64,000 nt of DNA, taken from the NCBI GenBank assembly GCA_965203515.1, contig OZ241907.1, positions 160,001 through 224,000 on the forward strand, read 5' to 3'. The position numbers and the translations under genes are program-made. Within the stretch, counting starts at the first letter, position 1. Each line of letters begins with the position of its first letter. Source of the DNA: Spirochaetia bacterium. Its GTDB lineage: Bacteria; Spirochaetota; Spirochaetia; SZUA-6; Bin103. The notes beneath the pieces were generated by a model. The model ran no database searches. It was not told where the DNA came from and saw nothing but the letters and a program-made list of their open reading frames with translations. Positions 40,711-54,890 of the stretch are shown in pieces.

Positions 40711-41637
40711 CTCCTGATCGTGCTGGCGGTGGCCGCCGTGGTCGCCGTGGGGTTCGTGATCTTCCCGTCGGACCGGGCCGCCATCGAGATGGCGGCCGAG
40801 CAGATCGGGCTGGGCCCGATCTTCACCAACGCCTTTCTGACCTCCATCGTGCTGTCGGCCGCGCTCGTGGTCTTTGCCTTCATCGTGGGCCGGCGGCTGC
40901 AGGAACGGCCGGGCGGCGTGCAGAACGTGGTGGAGAGCGTCATCGAAGGGCTGCACAACCTGGTCAAGGACGTCGCCCCGGCGCGCTGGGCGGAGACCTT
41001 CTTCCCGATCGTCGCCACCATCTTCATCTACCTGATCGTCGTGAACATGTTCAGCCTGCTCACCCCGTTCCTGGGTGCGGTCGGGCCGGTTCACTCGACG
41101 TCCCACGGCGGCATCGCCCCCGACGCCGAGCGCTTCGGCATCCCCCGCGTGGTGTTGCTGGGCGGGGAGCTGCACTCCGCCGGCGACGGGCACGACGGGC
41201 ATGACGATCACGTGGTGATCGTGCCGTTCCTGCGCGCGCCCTCGTCCGATCTCAACATGACCCTGGCGCTGGCGTTGATCACGGTGATCCTGACGCAGTG
41301 GTTCGGCCTGCGTTCGCACGGCGCGCGCTACCTCTCCAACTTCGCGCCGCTGGGCGGCCTGCGCCGCAAGGGGTTCGGCGCCTGGGCGATCGACCTGTTC
41401 GTCGGCGCGCTGGAAGGGCTCAGCGAGCTGGTCCGTATCGTCTCCTTCTCCTTCCGGCTGTTCGGAAACGTGTTCGCCGGCGAGGTGGTGCTGATCGTGA
41501 TCTCCGGTCTGGTGCCGCTCGGCCTGTTGGTCGTCTTCTTCGGCCTGGAGATCTTCGTGGGTCTGATCCAGGCGATCGTCTTCTTCCTGCTGGCCCTGGT
41601 CTTCTTTTCGATCGCCGCCGGCGAGCACGAGCACTGA
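40702..41637 (+). CDS. atpB: F0 ATP synthase subunit a
   Basis: PGGVQNVVE, RAPSSDLNMT, SFRLFGNVFAGE (essential Arg), EIFVGLIQA. Confidence 0.95.
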   Translation: MKALLIVLAVAAVVAVGFVIFPSDRAAIEMAAEQIGLGPIFTNAFLTSIVLSAALVVFAFIVGRRLQERPGGVQNVVESVIEGLHNLVKDVAPARWAETFFPIVATIFIYLIVVNMFSLLTPFLGAVGPVHSTSHGGIAPDAERFGIPRVVLLGGELHSAGDGHDGHDDHVVIVPFLRAPSSDLNMTLALALITVILTQWFGLRSHGARYLSNFAPLGGLRRKGFGAWAIDLFVGALEGLSELVRIVSFSFRLFGNVFAGEVVLIVISGLVPLGLLVVFFGLEIFVGLIQAIVFFLLALVFFSIAAGEHEH

Positions 41638-41961
<324 letters not shown>

Positions 41962-41985
41962 GGCGGCCCGGCATGGACCGCAGGT

Positions 41986-42060
41986 GATGGGGCCGCCGGA
42001 GATGAGATCACCGGAGATGAGATCGCCGGAGATGGAAGCGTAGGGGATGGAAAGTCTCGG
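41986..42060 (+). repeat. 15-bp degenerate tandem repeat x5, each unit starting GATG, ending at the atpF start
   Basis: GATGGGGCCGCCGGA / GATGAGATCACCGGA / GATGAGATCGCCGGA / GATGGAAGCGTAGGG / GATGGAAAGTCTCGG. Confidence 0.8.
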
Positions 42061-42541
42061 AATCGCGCCGTTCAACCTGGTCGCCTACGCGATCAACTTC
42101 ATCGTGCTGGTCGTGCTGTTGCGGCTGTTCCTGTACAAGCCGGTCTTGGCGATGCTGGCCCGGCGCCGGCAGAAGATCACCGACGGGTTGGAAGCCGCCG
42201 AGCGCGCCCGGAAGGAAGCCGAAGGCCAGCGCGCCGCCTTCGATCGCGAGTTGGCCGCAGCCCGCGAGGAGGCGCAGCAGGAGGCGCGCGCAGCCGCAGA
42301 GGCGACCGAGCGCATGCGCGGTGAAATTCTGCAGGCCGCCCGCCGGGAGGCGGAGCAGATCAAGACGCGCGCGCGCGAAGATGCGGAGCGGGAGCGCGAA
42401 CAGGTCGCCGCCGCGCTGCGGCGCGAGGCGGGCGAGCTGGCGTTGCTGATCGCGAGCAAGGTGATCGCCGAAGCGGTCGATCCGGCCGCCCATCGGTCGC
42501 TGGTCGATCGCGTGCTGGCCGACATCGGTGGTGGTGAGTGA
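42047..42541 (+). CDS. atpF: F0 ATP synthase subunit b
   Basis: INFIVLVVLLRLFLYKPV TM followed by a charged coiled coil. Confidence 0.95.
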   Translation: MESLGIAPFNLVAYAINFIVLVVLLRLFLYKPVLAMLARRRQKITDGLEAAERARKEAEGQRAAFDRELAAAREEAQQEARAAAEATERMRGEILQAARREAEQIKTRAREDAEREREQVAAALRREAGELALLIASKVIAEAVDPAAHRSLVDRVLADIGGGE

Positions 42542-43065
42542 CTCCCGGTGAGCTGGCGCAGCGCTACGCCAGCGCCTGCTTCGGCATCGCTCTGGAAGAG
42601 TGGATCGGCGCGTTGCGAGCGGTAAGCGGGGCGCTGGAGGCGGACCCATCGGCCGCCGGCGCGCTCGACGATCGGAGCGCGCCGTTCGCGGATCGGCAGC
42701 GGCGCATGGAGCGGATGATACCCGCCGACACGCCGCCGACGGTCCGGCGCTTCTTCGGCACGTTGCTGTCCAACGGCGACGCGGCGCTGCTGCCGCGCGT
42801 CCTTGCCGACCTGGAGCGACTGGCTGTCGAGGGGCCGGCGGAACGGCTGGCTACCGTGACGAGCGCCGTGGAGCTCGATGAGGCGACCCGGCAGCGGGTA
42901 GACCGGTCGGTCAAGGGCCGGTACGGCAGGGACGTGCAGATCCGCTACGAGGTCGATCCGCAGCTGATCGGCGGGCTGGTCATCCGGGTCGGGGACGAGG
43001 TGATCGACGGCAGCGTCGCCGCGCGGCTGCGCGAGCTCGACAGCGCGTTGCGACGGGCGTCTTGA
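42538..43065 (+). CDS. atpH: F1 ATP synthase subunit delta
   Basis: LAQRYA, ATVTSAVEL, VDPQLIGGLVIRVGDEVIDGSV. Confidence 0.95.
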   Translation: MTPGELAQRYASACFGIALEEWIGALRAVSGALEADPSAAGALDDRSAPFADRQRRMERMIPADTPPTVRRFFGTLLSNGDAALLPRVLADLERLAVEGPAERLATVTSAVELDEATRQRVDRSVKGRYGRDVQIRYEVDPQLIGGLVIRVGDEVIDGSVAARLRELDSALRRAS

Positions 43066-43101
43066 ACGAAGCGGCTGCGCAAAACGGGACTGAACGATCC
43101 G

Positions 43102-44637
<1,536 letters not shown>

Positions 44638-44642
44638 GCGAC

Positions 44643-46978
<2,336 letters not shown>

Positions 46979-46979
46979 C

Positions 46980-47420
46980 GTGCCGTTGCGGCTGGAGGTC
47001 ATCACCACCGAGCGCCGCGCGTTCGACGGGCAGGTGGAGATGATCATCGCGCCGGGCGCCAACGGCGTCCTGGGCATCCTGCCGAATCACGCGCCGCTGA
47101 TGTCCACGCTCAAGCCCGGGGCGCTGGAGGTACGGATGGCGGGTCAGGAGCCCCGGTTCATCGCCATCGGCGGCGGTTTCATGGAAGTGCAGCCCGACCA
47201 CGTAGTGGTGTTGGCCGATACCGCCGAACATGCCCATGAGATCGATCTGGAGCGGGCGCGGGAGGCCCGCCGGGCCGCGCGGGAGCACATGGATCGCGAG
47301 CGCACCGGCCAGACGGCGGCGTTCGAGGCCGCCGTTCACGCGCTCATGCACTCTGAGGCGAGGCTGCAGGTCGCGCAGAGCCACCGGTCGTCGGCCTCGG
47401 GCGCGCCGCCCCGACCATAG
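46980..47420 (+). CDS. atpC: F1 ATP synthase subunit epsilon
   Basis: GILPNHAPL, GGFMEV, VLADTAE..IDLERA. Confidence 0.95.
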   Translation: MPLRLEVITTERRAFDGQVEMIIAPGANGVLGILPNHAPLMSTLKPGALEVRMAGQEPRFIAIGGGFMEVQPDHVVVLADTAEHAHEIDLERAREARRAAREHMDRERTGQTAAFEAAVHALMHSEARLQVAQSHRSSASGAPPRP

Positions 47421-47450
47421 CGCCGGCGCGGTTCGTACCTCGTCGGTCGC

Positions 47451-48563
47451 CTACGGGAGCGCGTAGATCACCGCCCGCAGACCGGCCGGCGATTCCGGAC
47501 GCTCGCCGGAACGCCGCTCGACGATGACCAGCAGCTCGTCGAGATGGGCCGCCGAGAAGCCGTGCGGGCCGGCCGCGTCGATCAGTACCGACTTGCGGTA
47601 GCCGCCCGGCTGGCTCCGCCGGTCGTCAGGATGGATCAATGCGATCCGATGGCGCCCTGCGCCACCCTCGGCGGAGGCGGCAACGTGCTCGTCGATGACG
47701 AAGCTGAATCCGTCCCGGTGCGGCAGGAAATAGACCGACGTGGTGCCGATCGCCAGCGTAACGGCCGTCGTCGGCCCCGGTCCCTCGTCGGTGAGCGGCG
47801 CGAACAGCACCTCGCTCGTGGACGGTACGTGCCACAGGACGTGGGGAGTGCCGCCGGCGCACGCGGCGTAGTGGGCGCCGACGCCGTGCAGCAACGGCTG
47901 CGCCGCTCCGTCGTCGCCGTACCGGACCAGGGTGTCGTCGGCCGACAGCGCGACGAAGGATGCGGGGCCGGCGCACGCGAGCGGCCAGACGACGCGCGGG
48001 TGATCGCCCATCCCCGCGAGCCGATGCCGGCCCGAGCCGGAGACCGCGGCGATCTCGGCGACGGCCGCGCCGTCCGGGGTCGCCGTGACCAGCAGCGGAT
48101 CGCCCGACTCCTGCGGCAGCAACGCGCGCGGGGTACCTTTGAACACCGGCGTGACGACCCACCATTCGCCGTCGCCCGCGTCGCGGTAGATCCACTTCGG
48201 TATCAGCGCGTCCGCCTGCTGTTGATCGAGGTAGACCACGTGCTGCCGGCCGTCGTGGACGGCGTAGGCGTGCACGCCGAACGCGGTGATGTCTACCGGA
48301 TAGATGCCTACCGCGTCGACGGTCTCCAGCGTGTGCCGATTGCGGCGCGGGTCGAGCCGCGCGAGTTGCAGCGTCAACGTGTCGAGATTGGCGAACAGCA
48401 CGTGCAGCTCGTCGTCGACCGGGGCCAGCGTCATCGGCGCCGCGACCTGATCTTCGCTCAGCACGGCGACGTGGCGCGGCGGCAGTCCGCCCGGCGGCCG
48501 CGGCCCGCAGGCCGTGATCAGCGCGAGCGCGGCCATCGCGAACGCGGCCAGGAGCGCCGGCAT
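47451..48563 (-). CDS. Putative lipoprotein of unknown function
   Basis: Lipobox-like ALITAC after a hydrophobic leader; beta-rich body; start inferred at MPALLAA. Confidence 0.7.
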   Translation of the reverse strand: MPALLAAFAMAALALITACGPRPPGGLPPRHVAVLSEDQVAAPMTLAPVDDELHVLFANLDTLTLQLARLDPRRNRHTLETVDAVGIYPVDITAFGVHAYAVHDGRQHVVYLDQQQADALIPKWIYRDAGDGEWWVVTPVFKGTPRALLPQESGDPLLVTATPDGAAVAEIAAVSGSGRHRLAGMGDHPRVVWPLACAGPASFVALSADDTLVRYGDDGAAQPLLHGVGAHYAACAGGTPHVLWHVPSTSEVLFAPLTDEGPGPTTAVTLAIGTTSVYFLPHRDGFSFVIDEHVAASAEGGAGRHRIALIHPDDRRSQPGGYRKSVLIDAAGPHGFSAAHLDELLVIVERRSGERPESPAGLRAVIYALP

Positions 48564-48629
48564 CGCCCGACCGCGGGCCGCGGTCGGTGGGCGTAGCCGA
48601 ACGCCGCCGCGGTGCGGCACACTGCGGGT

Positions 48630-49040
48630 ATGCGTGTGGTGGTAGTCTTCTTCGCCGACCGCAACCGGCAGGGCCTGCTGGCGCTGGCTCGCGGGCTGGA
48701 GGCCGGTCTCAAGTCGCAGGGCCATCAGGTCGAGCTGATCGACGGCATCCGCGACGTCCACTCCAAGCTGACGGCCCACCAGTACGCCGTCATCGGGACC
48801 GAATCGCTGTCGATCACCGGCAAGATTCCGGCGCGAGTGGCGCCCTTCCTGTCTTCCGCAGGTCTGATACAGGGAAAGCGATGCTATGCGTTCGTGGCCA
48901 AGTCGTTCCTGGGCTCCAGCCGCGCCCTGCTGAAGCTGATGCGGGCGATGGAGCACGAGGGCATGTACCTGAAGAACTCCGGAGTGCTGAAGTCATCTGA
49001 GGAGGCTCGGGCGATCGGCGCTCACCTGCGCGTCGGCTGA
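48630..49040 (+). CDS. Flavodoxin-like fold hypothetical protein
   Basis: MRVVVVF...LARGLEAGL..GHQVELID pattern; -10-like CACACT 6 nt before the ATG. Confidence 0.7.
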   Translation: MRVVVVFFADRNRQGLLALARGLEAGLKSQGHQVELIDGIRDVHSKLTAHQYAVIGTESLSITGKIPARVAPFLSSAGLIQGKRCYAFVAKSFLGSSRALLKLMRAMEHEGMYLKNSGVLKSSEEARAIGAHLRVG

Positions 49041-49055
49041 CCGGACGCCCGGCAG

Positions 49056-49964
49056 CTATTCCTTCCAGGGAAAGATCATCCCGCGCAGCGTGCGCACGCC
49101 GACCTGCTCCCGGTCATCGGCCAGCAGCGCGTCCCACGGTATGCGCACCCGGCGCCGCCTGCGGCCGGTCCGCTCGGCGTCCTCCCGGCCGGCGCCCTCG
49201 CCACTGGAGTCCTCGCCACTGGAGTCCTCGTCGCCGGCCGCCTGCTGCAGCTCCTCCAGGTAGTCGTACTTGTACATGCGCAGCTTGAAGGCGACCGTCA
49301 GCAGCAGCACCGCGCTGGCCGGACCGGGCAGCAGCAGCATCGGCGATCCGAACGCCAGCAGGCGGGTCGGGACCGACAGGAACAGCAGCAGGAACAGGCC
49401 GAGCAGGTACGGGGCCGACACGTTCAGCGCGATGAACAGGCCGACCATGAATCCGGTGTTGTCGAACAACAGCGTGAAGCACTTGCGGATCGTCTTCCCG
49501 AACGGGTCGGCCATCCGCGTGATGAGCGGGAAGAACGCCTGCGATGCCAGGAGCCAGAACACGGCCGCCCAGCCCAGCAGGCCGAGCGCGACCAGGCCGA
49601 TCGTCGACTGGGTGTAGACCGGCACGGCGATCGTCAGCAGGAACAGGAAGACGGCCGCGTTGACCGCCACCAGCAGCACGGCCGGCAGCCAGCGGGCGCG
49701 GATGGCGTCGACGAACCGCTTCCACTCCGGTGTCTGGTAATCGGCGAGCGAGCTGGTGATCGCCGCCGTGCCCATGGTGAAGACCGAAAGCGCCGCGCAG
49801 CCGACGATCAGGACGGCGAAGTAGGCGAGCTGCGCCTGCGGCACCGCGCTGAGCAGGAAGCCGGTCCCGCTGATGATCAGCACGTACCCCAGGTTCAGGG
49901 CGAAGATGCGGAACAGGTTGTCCCACATGTCGAAGAACGCCTTCTTGAGCAGAAACGGAAACAT
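49056..49964 (-). CDS. Integral membrane protein of unknown function
   Basis: About 6 TMs; KKAFFDMWDN N-terminus and IPWDALL...RTLRGMIFPWKE C-terminus; contains a 15-bp duplication at 49196-49225. Confidence 0.8.
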   Translation of the reverse strand: MFPFLLKKAFFDMWDNLFRIFALNLGYVLIISGTGFLLSAVPQAQLAYFAVLIVGCAALSVFTMGTAAITSSLADYQTPEWKRFVDAIRARWLPAVLLVAVNAAVFLFLLTIAVPVYTQSTIGLVALGLLGWAAVFWLLASQAFFPLITRMADPFGKTIRKCFTLLFDNTGFMVGLFIALNVSAPYLLGLFLLLFLSVPTRLLAFGSPMLLLPGPASAVLLLTVAFKLRMYKYDYLEELQQAAGDEDSSGEDSSGEGAGREDAERTGRRRRRVRIPWDALLADDREQVGVRTLRGMIFPWKE

Positions 49965-49974
49965 GCGCTCACCC

Positions 49975-50033
49975 AGTGTACCACCGTTCGCGGCAAGCTC
50001 AATTTGACCGATGGACGGAGCGCGGCCTATCCT
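49975..50033. promoter_or_regulatory. Back-to-back divergent sigma70 promoters
   Basis: Minus strand TTGAGC-N16-TACACT with TGn (50002-49975); plus strand TTGACC-N18-TATCCT (50004-50033). Confidence 0.55.
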
Positions 50034-50050
50034 GGCGCGGGACCGAGCGG

Positions 50051-50884
50051 GTGGAGGACTACTACCAGGTCCTGGGAGCCGACCCGAACGACTCGCAGGA
50101 GCGGATCAAGCGCTGCTTCCGGCTGCGCGCCAAGGAGTTGCATCCCGACTTGACGGTGCTCGACGTCGACCAGGCGGAGCCGCGCATGCGGCGGCTGCTC
50201 GATGCGTACCGCGTACTCGGCGATCCGCAGCGGCGCGGCGAATATGACCGACTGCACGTCCACGCGCTGCGCCGGCGCCGCTTCGACTACCGGTCGTTCC
50301 TCCGTTCCCGCGCCGATCCGGTGAGCTTGGCCAAGCTGGTGCTCTACGACCTGATGCGCTCGCGCGACCGGGAGGCGCTGGCCACCTTCGGTCAGCTCGA
50401 GGCGCACGTCGACTCCGATCTGGCGTCGCTGCTCGATTACGACGACTTCATGGACTGCGCCTATCTGCTGGCCGAGGCGCTGGAGCGCGACGGCGAGTAC
50501 GACAAGGCGTGCGAGTACTACCTGCGGGTCTACCATGCGGAGGCCGCGCGGCCCTACTTCCGCCACTTCATCGCCGAGGTGGTCGATCGGGTGCGCGACG
50601 TGGCGTGCTTCAAGATGGCGGGGACCGCAGCGCCCGTCGACTCGGTCCGCCGGATCGAGGAGTTGATCGATCTCGACCTGTCGGATCGGGAGTCGGCGTT
50701 CTTCTGCAAGCGCATCGCGGAGATCTACTCCGACGTGGGGAACCTGGATGCGGCGCGGCGCTACCTGCAGCGGGCGCTGCGCCTGGATGGGGGGCTTGCC
50801 GGGGTCAAGAAGCTCAAGGAGCGGGTGGGGCTCGACCCGGCGCCGGAATCGGTGATGCGCGGCGATCCGGTCATGCAGGCCTAG
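50051..50884 (+). CDS. J-domain (DnaJ) plus TPR protein
   Basis: DYYQVLG...LHPD...AYRVLGDPQRRGEYD, then TPR-like helices. Confidence 0.88.
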   Translation: MEDYYQVLGADPNDSQERIKRCFRLRAKELHPDLTVLDVDQAEPRMRRLLDAYRVLGDPQRRGEYDRLHVHALRRRRFDYRSFLRSRADPVSLAKLVLYDLMRSRDREALATFGQLEAHVDSDLASLLDYDDFMDCAYLLAEALERDGEYDKACEYYLRVYHAEAARPYFRHFIAEVVDRVRDVACFKMAGTAAPVDSVRRIEELIDLDLSDRESAFFCKRIAEIYSDVGNLDAARRYLQRALRLDGGLAGVKKLKERVGLDPAPESVMRGDPVMQA

Positions 50885-50912
50885 CGGACAGCCGACGTAG
50901 TATTCTGAGGGT

Positions 50913-52097
50913 ATGGTGCAACTCTTGAAGTGGGGAAGCGTCCGCGGGCCGCAGCCGGTGCGCGGGCCGCAGCCGGTGCGCAAGCCGCAGCCGGTGCTCG
51001 GGCGCCGGATCGCGGCCGCGGCCGGCGTCGCGCTGCTGGCCGCCGGGACGGCCTGGTCGCAATCGATCGCCAAACCGGTCGCGACGGTGCGTCTGCACAA
51101 GCCGCAGATCATCTCGTCGCCTCAGTTCGCGGCGTTTGCCGGCGTGGTGGCGCGCCTGGGCGGCAGCGACACGGTGGCGCCGGAGGAGTGCCGGGCGGTG
51201 CTCGACACGCTCATCGACCAGTACCTCGTCGAGCAGGAAGCCGTCGAGCGGCGCCTGGTCCCCACGGAAGCCGAGATCGACGCGCAGATGGTCGCCCAGC
51301 GCCGGCAGGCCGAACAGCAACTCCAACAGCAACAAGGCGTGGAGCGGCAGTTGACCGACGGCGAATGGCAGGCGCTGATCATGCAGGACACCCGTTTGAC
51401 GCTGGAGGAGTACCGGGAGCGGTTCACCGCCGGGATCCTCACGCAACGCCTGGTGGCGCAGATGCGGGCGGACTGGATGCAGGATATACCGGCACTTGCG
51501 GAGGAGGACCTGCAGGACTTCTACAACAAGAACATACAGCAGTTCGTGCAGCCGGAGATGGCGCTGGTCCTCCACATCCACTTCAACACACTCGGCCTCG
51601 ACGAGGACGGCGTGAGGCAGGCCCGAGAACGCGGGGAAGCCGCGCTCGATGAGCTGCGGGGCGGGGCGTCGTTCAACGACCTGGTGCTCAAGTACTCGGA
51701 CGACTCCGCCTCCCGCTACCGCGGCGGCGAGCTCGGCAACCGCTATCTGCGCCGGGACGATCCCGCCGTACTGGCGACCCTCGGCACGCCGTTCCTGGAG
51801 GCGCTCTTCTCCATCCGGGTCGACGACGTCAGCGAGCTGGTGGAATCCCCCGTCGGGTTCCATATCCTGAAGATGGCCGACCGCCTCGACGCCCGCCTGC
51901 TGACTCTGGACGATCCGGTGACCCCCCGCTCGCCGCAGACCGTGCGCGGGCAGATCACCGCCTTGATCGCGAACGATCGTCAGGCGCGCGCCTTTCAGCA
52001 GGCCGTGCAGGAGCTGGTCGGCAGCCTTCGTGACCGGGCGGAGATCGAGATCTTCGAAGCCAACGTCAAGGACACCTGCCCGGCCGAGCGGTCCTGA
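50913..52097 (+). CDS. SurA/PrsA-like parvulin peptidylprolyl isomerase
   Basis: Signal region, SurA-N-like helices, F..LV.KYSDD...GGELG, VESPVGFHILK; upstream of nusB as in spirochetes. Confidence 0.88.
   Translation: MVQLLKWGSVRGPQPVRGPQPVRKPQPVLGRRIAAAAGVALLAAGTAWSQSIAKPVATVRLHKPQIISSPQFAAFAGVVARLGGSDTVAPEECRAVLDTLIDQYLVEQEAVERRLVPTEAEIDAQMVAQRRQAEQQLQQQQGVERQLTDGEWQALIMQDTRLTLEEYRERFTAGILTQRLVAQMRADWMQDIPALAEEDLQDFYNKNIQQFVQPEMALVLHIHFNTLGLDEDGVRQARERGEAALDELRGGASFNDLVLKYSDDSASRYRGGELGNRYLRRDDPAVLATLGTPFLEALFSIRVDDVSELVESPVGFHILKMADRLDARLLTLDDPVTPRSPQTVRGQITALIANDRQARAFQQAVQELVGSLRDRAEIEIFEANVKDTCPAERS
50940..50993 (+). repeat. 18-bp in-frame tandem repeat x3 (VRGPQP)
   Basis: GTCCGCGGGCCGCAGCCG / GTGCGCGGGCCGCAGCCG / GTGCGCAAGCCGCAGCCG. 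Confidence 0.85.
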
Positions 52098-52108
52098 GAA
52101 CGACCGCC

Positions 52109-52573
52109 ATGGACGACCAGCGCAGGAGCGCCGCACGCGGCGCCGGCCGAATCGACGCGACCTCCGGCCGCGACGGCCGCGTGCTGGCCATGCAGTCGCT
52201 GTACCGGTATGACCTGTGCGGGGGCTCGATCGCGGAGATGGTCGACCTGTCGTGGATGGACGCCGCTCACCGCGACGCGCTGAGCGACGAAGCGCACGCA
52301 TTCGCGCGGCTCCTGGTGGCCGGCAGCCTCGAGAACCTGCCGGCGGTCGACGGCTGCATCGACCGGCAGTTGGAGCACTGGGACCTGCAGCGGCTGTCGC
52401 GCGTCGATCTGGCGATCCTGCGGATGAGCGTCTATTGCCTGATGCACCAACGGGACGTGCCGGCGTCGGTCATCATCAACGAGGCGGTGGAGATCGCCAA
52501 ACGGTACGGCACCGACGACTCCTACCGGTTCGTCAACGGCGTGCTCGACGGCGTACGCAAGCGGGTCGCGTGA
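52109..52573 (+). CDS. nusB: Transcription antitermination factor NusB
   Basis: RVLAMQSLY, WDLQRLSRVDLAILR, INEAVEIAKRYG..SYRFVNGVLD. Confidence 0.96.
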   Translation: MDDQRRSAARGAGRIDATSGRDGRVLAMQSLYRYDLCGGSIAEMVDLSWMDAAHRDALSDEAHAFARLLVAGSLENLPAVDGCIDRQLEHWDLQRLSRVDLAILRMSVYCLMHQRDVPASVIINEAVEIAKRYGTDDSYRFVNGVLDGVRKRVA

Positions 52574-52592
52574 GCGCGTGCGGGGCGGCGCG

Positions 52593-53456
52593 GTGACCGC
52601 GCGAGGGCGCCGCCGCCGTTCGACGTCGACTTCCCGCAGGGGGGTGCGGCTGCCGGGCCGCGCGCGCCGCGCTCACGACGGGCAGCCGGGCGCCGGCGCG
52701 CCGGCGATCACCCGTCTGAAGAGCGACGCGGAGATCGGCGGCATTCGCGAATCGGCGCGCATCCTGTCGGAGACGCTGCGGCTGGTCGCCGACAGCGTGG
52801 AGCCCGGCATCACCACCGGCGAGCTCGACCGGGTCGCGCGGCTGCATATCGAAGCGCGCGGCGCTCGTCCCGCCTTCCTGGGCTATCTCGATTATCCGGC
52901 CACGCTGTGCATATCGATCAACGAGGAGGTGATCCACGGCATCCCCGGCCGACGCCGGCTGGCCGATGGGGATATCGTCGGGATCGACTGCGGGGTCGAC
53001 CGCGGTGGATGCTTCAGCGACGCCGCGCTGACGATGCCGGTGGGGCGCGTTGCGCCCAGGATCGCGTCGCTGCTGCAGGTGACCCGCGAGTGCCTGGCGT
53101 TGGCCGTGGCCGCGGCGGTGCCGGGCAACCGCCTGCGCGACGTGGCCAACGCGGTGTACCGCTACGCAAGCACCAAGGGGTACGGCGTCGTGCGCCAGTT
53201 CTGCGGCCACGGCGTGGGGTTCTCCCCCCACGAGGACCCGCAGGTCCCCAACTACCCGTCGCCCGGGAGCAATCCTCGTATCAGGCCCGGTATGGTGCTG
53301 GCGATCGAACCGATGATCACCGAAGGCACGTGGGAGGTGGAGGTGCTCGATGACGGCTGGACCGTCGTCACCGCCGACCGCAAGCGCGCCGCGCACTTCG
53401 AGCACACGGTGGCGATCCTGAGCGATCGCGCCGAAGTGCTGACGACGCATCTGTGA
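52593..53456 (+). CDS. map: Methionine aminopeptidase type I (start uncertain: 52578, 52593 or 52644)
   Basis: CISINEEVIHGIP, IDCG..SDAA, GHGVG..HEDP, AIEPM, AHFEHT. Confidence 0.95.
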   Translation: MTARGRRRRSTSTSRRGVRLPGRARRAHDGQPGAGAPAITRLKSDAEIGGIRESARILSETLRLVADSVEPGITTGELDRVARLHIEARGARPAFLGYLDYPATLCISINEEVIHGIPGRRRLADGDIVGIDCGVDRGGCFSDAALTMPVGRVAPRIASLLQVTRECLALAVAAAVPGNRLRDVANAVYRYASTKGYGVVRQFCGHGVGFSPHEDPQVPNYPSPGSNPRIRPGMVLAIEPMITEGTWEVEVLDDGWTVVTADRKRAAHFEHTVAILSDRAEVLTTHL

Positions 53457-54865
53457 ACGCCCTCCTCCGCCCGCTCCGGGCGGCGTTGCCGTTCGCGGCG
53501 TTCCTGATGGCGGCGTTCCTGTTCGCGGCGTTCCTGCTGGCGGCGTCTGCCGGCCTCTCGGCGCAGGAACGGGTCCCGGCTGCGGCGCCGGCGGACGGGA
53601 GCATCGCCGCGCCCGTGCTGGTCGACCTGCAGCGGGCGCTCCGCCGGCTGGCCGAAACCGTGCTCCCGGTAGTGGTCACGGTCGATACGGCGACCAGCGC
53701 CGACGACGAGGCGTCCGGGCGGCTGGAACGGGACCTGCGGGCGCAGCCGATTCCCGGCGTCGGGTCGGGGGTGCTGGTGAGACGCGACGCGGACCGGTAC
53801 TTCGTGCTGACCAACCTGCACGTGGTGAAGGACAGGGAGCGGATCACGGTAAGGTTCAGGGACGGCCGCAGTCTGCCGGCCGAGGTCGTGGGAGCCGACG
53901 CCCGCATCGACCTGGCGATGCTGGCCGTGCGGACGCCCGGCGACCTGCCGCTCGCCCGGCTGGGCGACTCCGGCGACGTGCGGCCCGGCGATCCGGTGCT
54001 GGCGGTCGGCAGTCCGTTCGGCCTCGACGCCACGTTCACGTTCGGCATCGTCAGCGCCGTCGGCCGCTCCGGTCTCCAGGTCCGCAACATCAGCGACTTC
54101 ATACAGACCGACGCCAGCATGAACCCCGGCAACTCCGGCGGCCCCCTGGTCGATATCTCCGGCCGGGTGGTGGGCATCAACACCTGGATCCAGGCGCAGC
54201 AGGACCGATCGGTTGGCGTCGGATTCGCGCTGCCGATCGACAACGTCAAGCCGGTGATCGACCAGCTCATCGAGGAGGGAAGCGTCCGCTACGCGTGGTT
54301 GGGGGTATCGGTGATCGGGCCGCCGATCGTCGACTATCTGGCGCCGGGCCGGCAGGGAGCCGTCCTGTACGGCGTGATCGCCGGGCAGCCGGCCGATCGC
54401 GCCGGCCTGCAGGCCGGCGACGTCGTGGTTGCCGTCGCCGGCCGGAACGTGCGGGACAGCGACGAGCTGATCCGGGCGATCGGCGCCCTGCAGCCGAACG
54501 CGCCTGCCGAGCTGCGGCTGGTGCGGGACGGTCGGGAGCGGACGGTCCCGGTGACCCCCGCGGTGCTGCGCGACGACCTGGATCAGGCCGCGGCATGGCC
54601 CGAGCTGCGCGTGCAGGCGCTTGATGAGTTGACCGAACGGGCGCGGGCGGCGCGGCCAGCCGCCGGCGTGTACGTGACGAACGCGGCGGAAGATTCCGGC
54701 CTGCAGCCGGGCGACACCATCGTCGGCATCGACGGAGGTCCGGTCGCCGATCTGCGGGACTTCTATCGGCTGATCAACGCCAAGCCGGAGGGTGTCTTCG
54801 TCGTGCAGGCCGTGCGCACCGAAGACGAGGGCGCCGTGGAGGTCACCGTGCGCCTGCAACGCTGA
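53453..54865 (+). CDS. htrA: HtrA/DegP-family serine protease with two PDZ domains
   Basis: Triad LTNLHVV / IDLAML / NPGNSGGPL; WLGV PDZ. Confidence 0.93.
   Translation: MNALLRPLRAALPFAAFLMAAFLFAAFLLAASAGLSAQERVPAAAPADGSIAAPVLVDLQRALRRLAETVLPVVVTVDTATSADDEASGRLERDLRAQPIPGVGSGVLVRRDADRYFVLTNLHVVKDRERITVRFRDGRSLPAEVVGADARIDLAMLAVRTPGDLPLARLGDSGDVRPGDPVLAVGSPFGLDATFTFGIVSAVGRSGLQVRNISDFIQTDASMNPGNSGGPLVDISGRVVGINTWIQAQQDRSVGVGFALPIDNVKPVIDQLIEEGSVRYAWLGVSVIGPPIVDYLAPGRQGAVLYGVIAGQPADRAGLQAGDVVVAVAGRNVRDSDELIRAIGALQPNAPAELRLVRDGRERTVPVTPAVLRDDLDQAAAWPELRVQALDELTERARAARPAAGVYVTNAAEDSGLQPGDTIVGIDGGPVADLRDFYRLINAKPEGVFVVQAVRTEDEGAVEVTVRLQR
53480..53548 (+). repeat. 15-bp in-frame tandem repeat, 4 copies plus a partial, in the HtrA signal peptide (AAFLx)
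   Basis: GCGGCGTTCCTG(ATG/TTC/CTG) units. Confidence 0.85.
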
Positions 54866-54890
54866 GGCGAAGGCGGTCGTCTGCGGTCCG

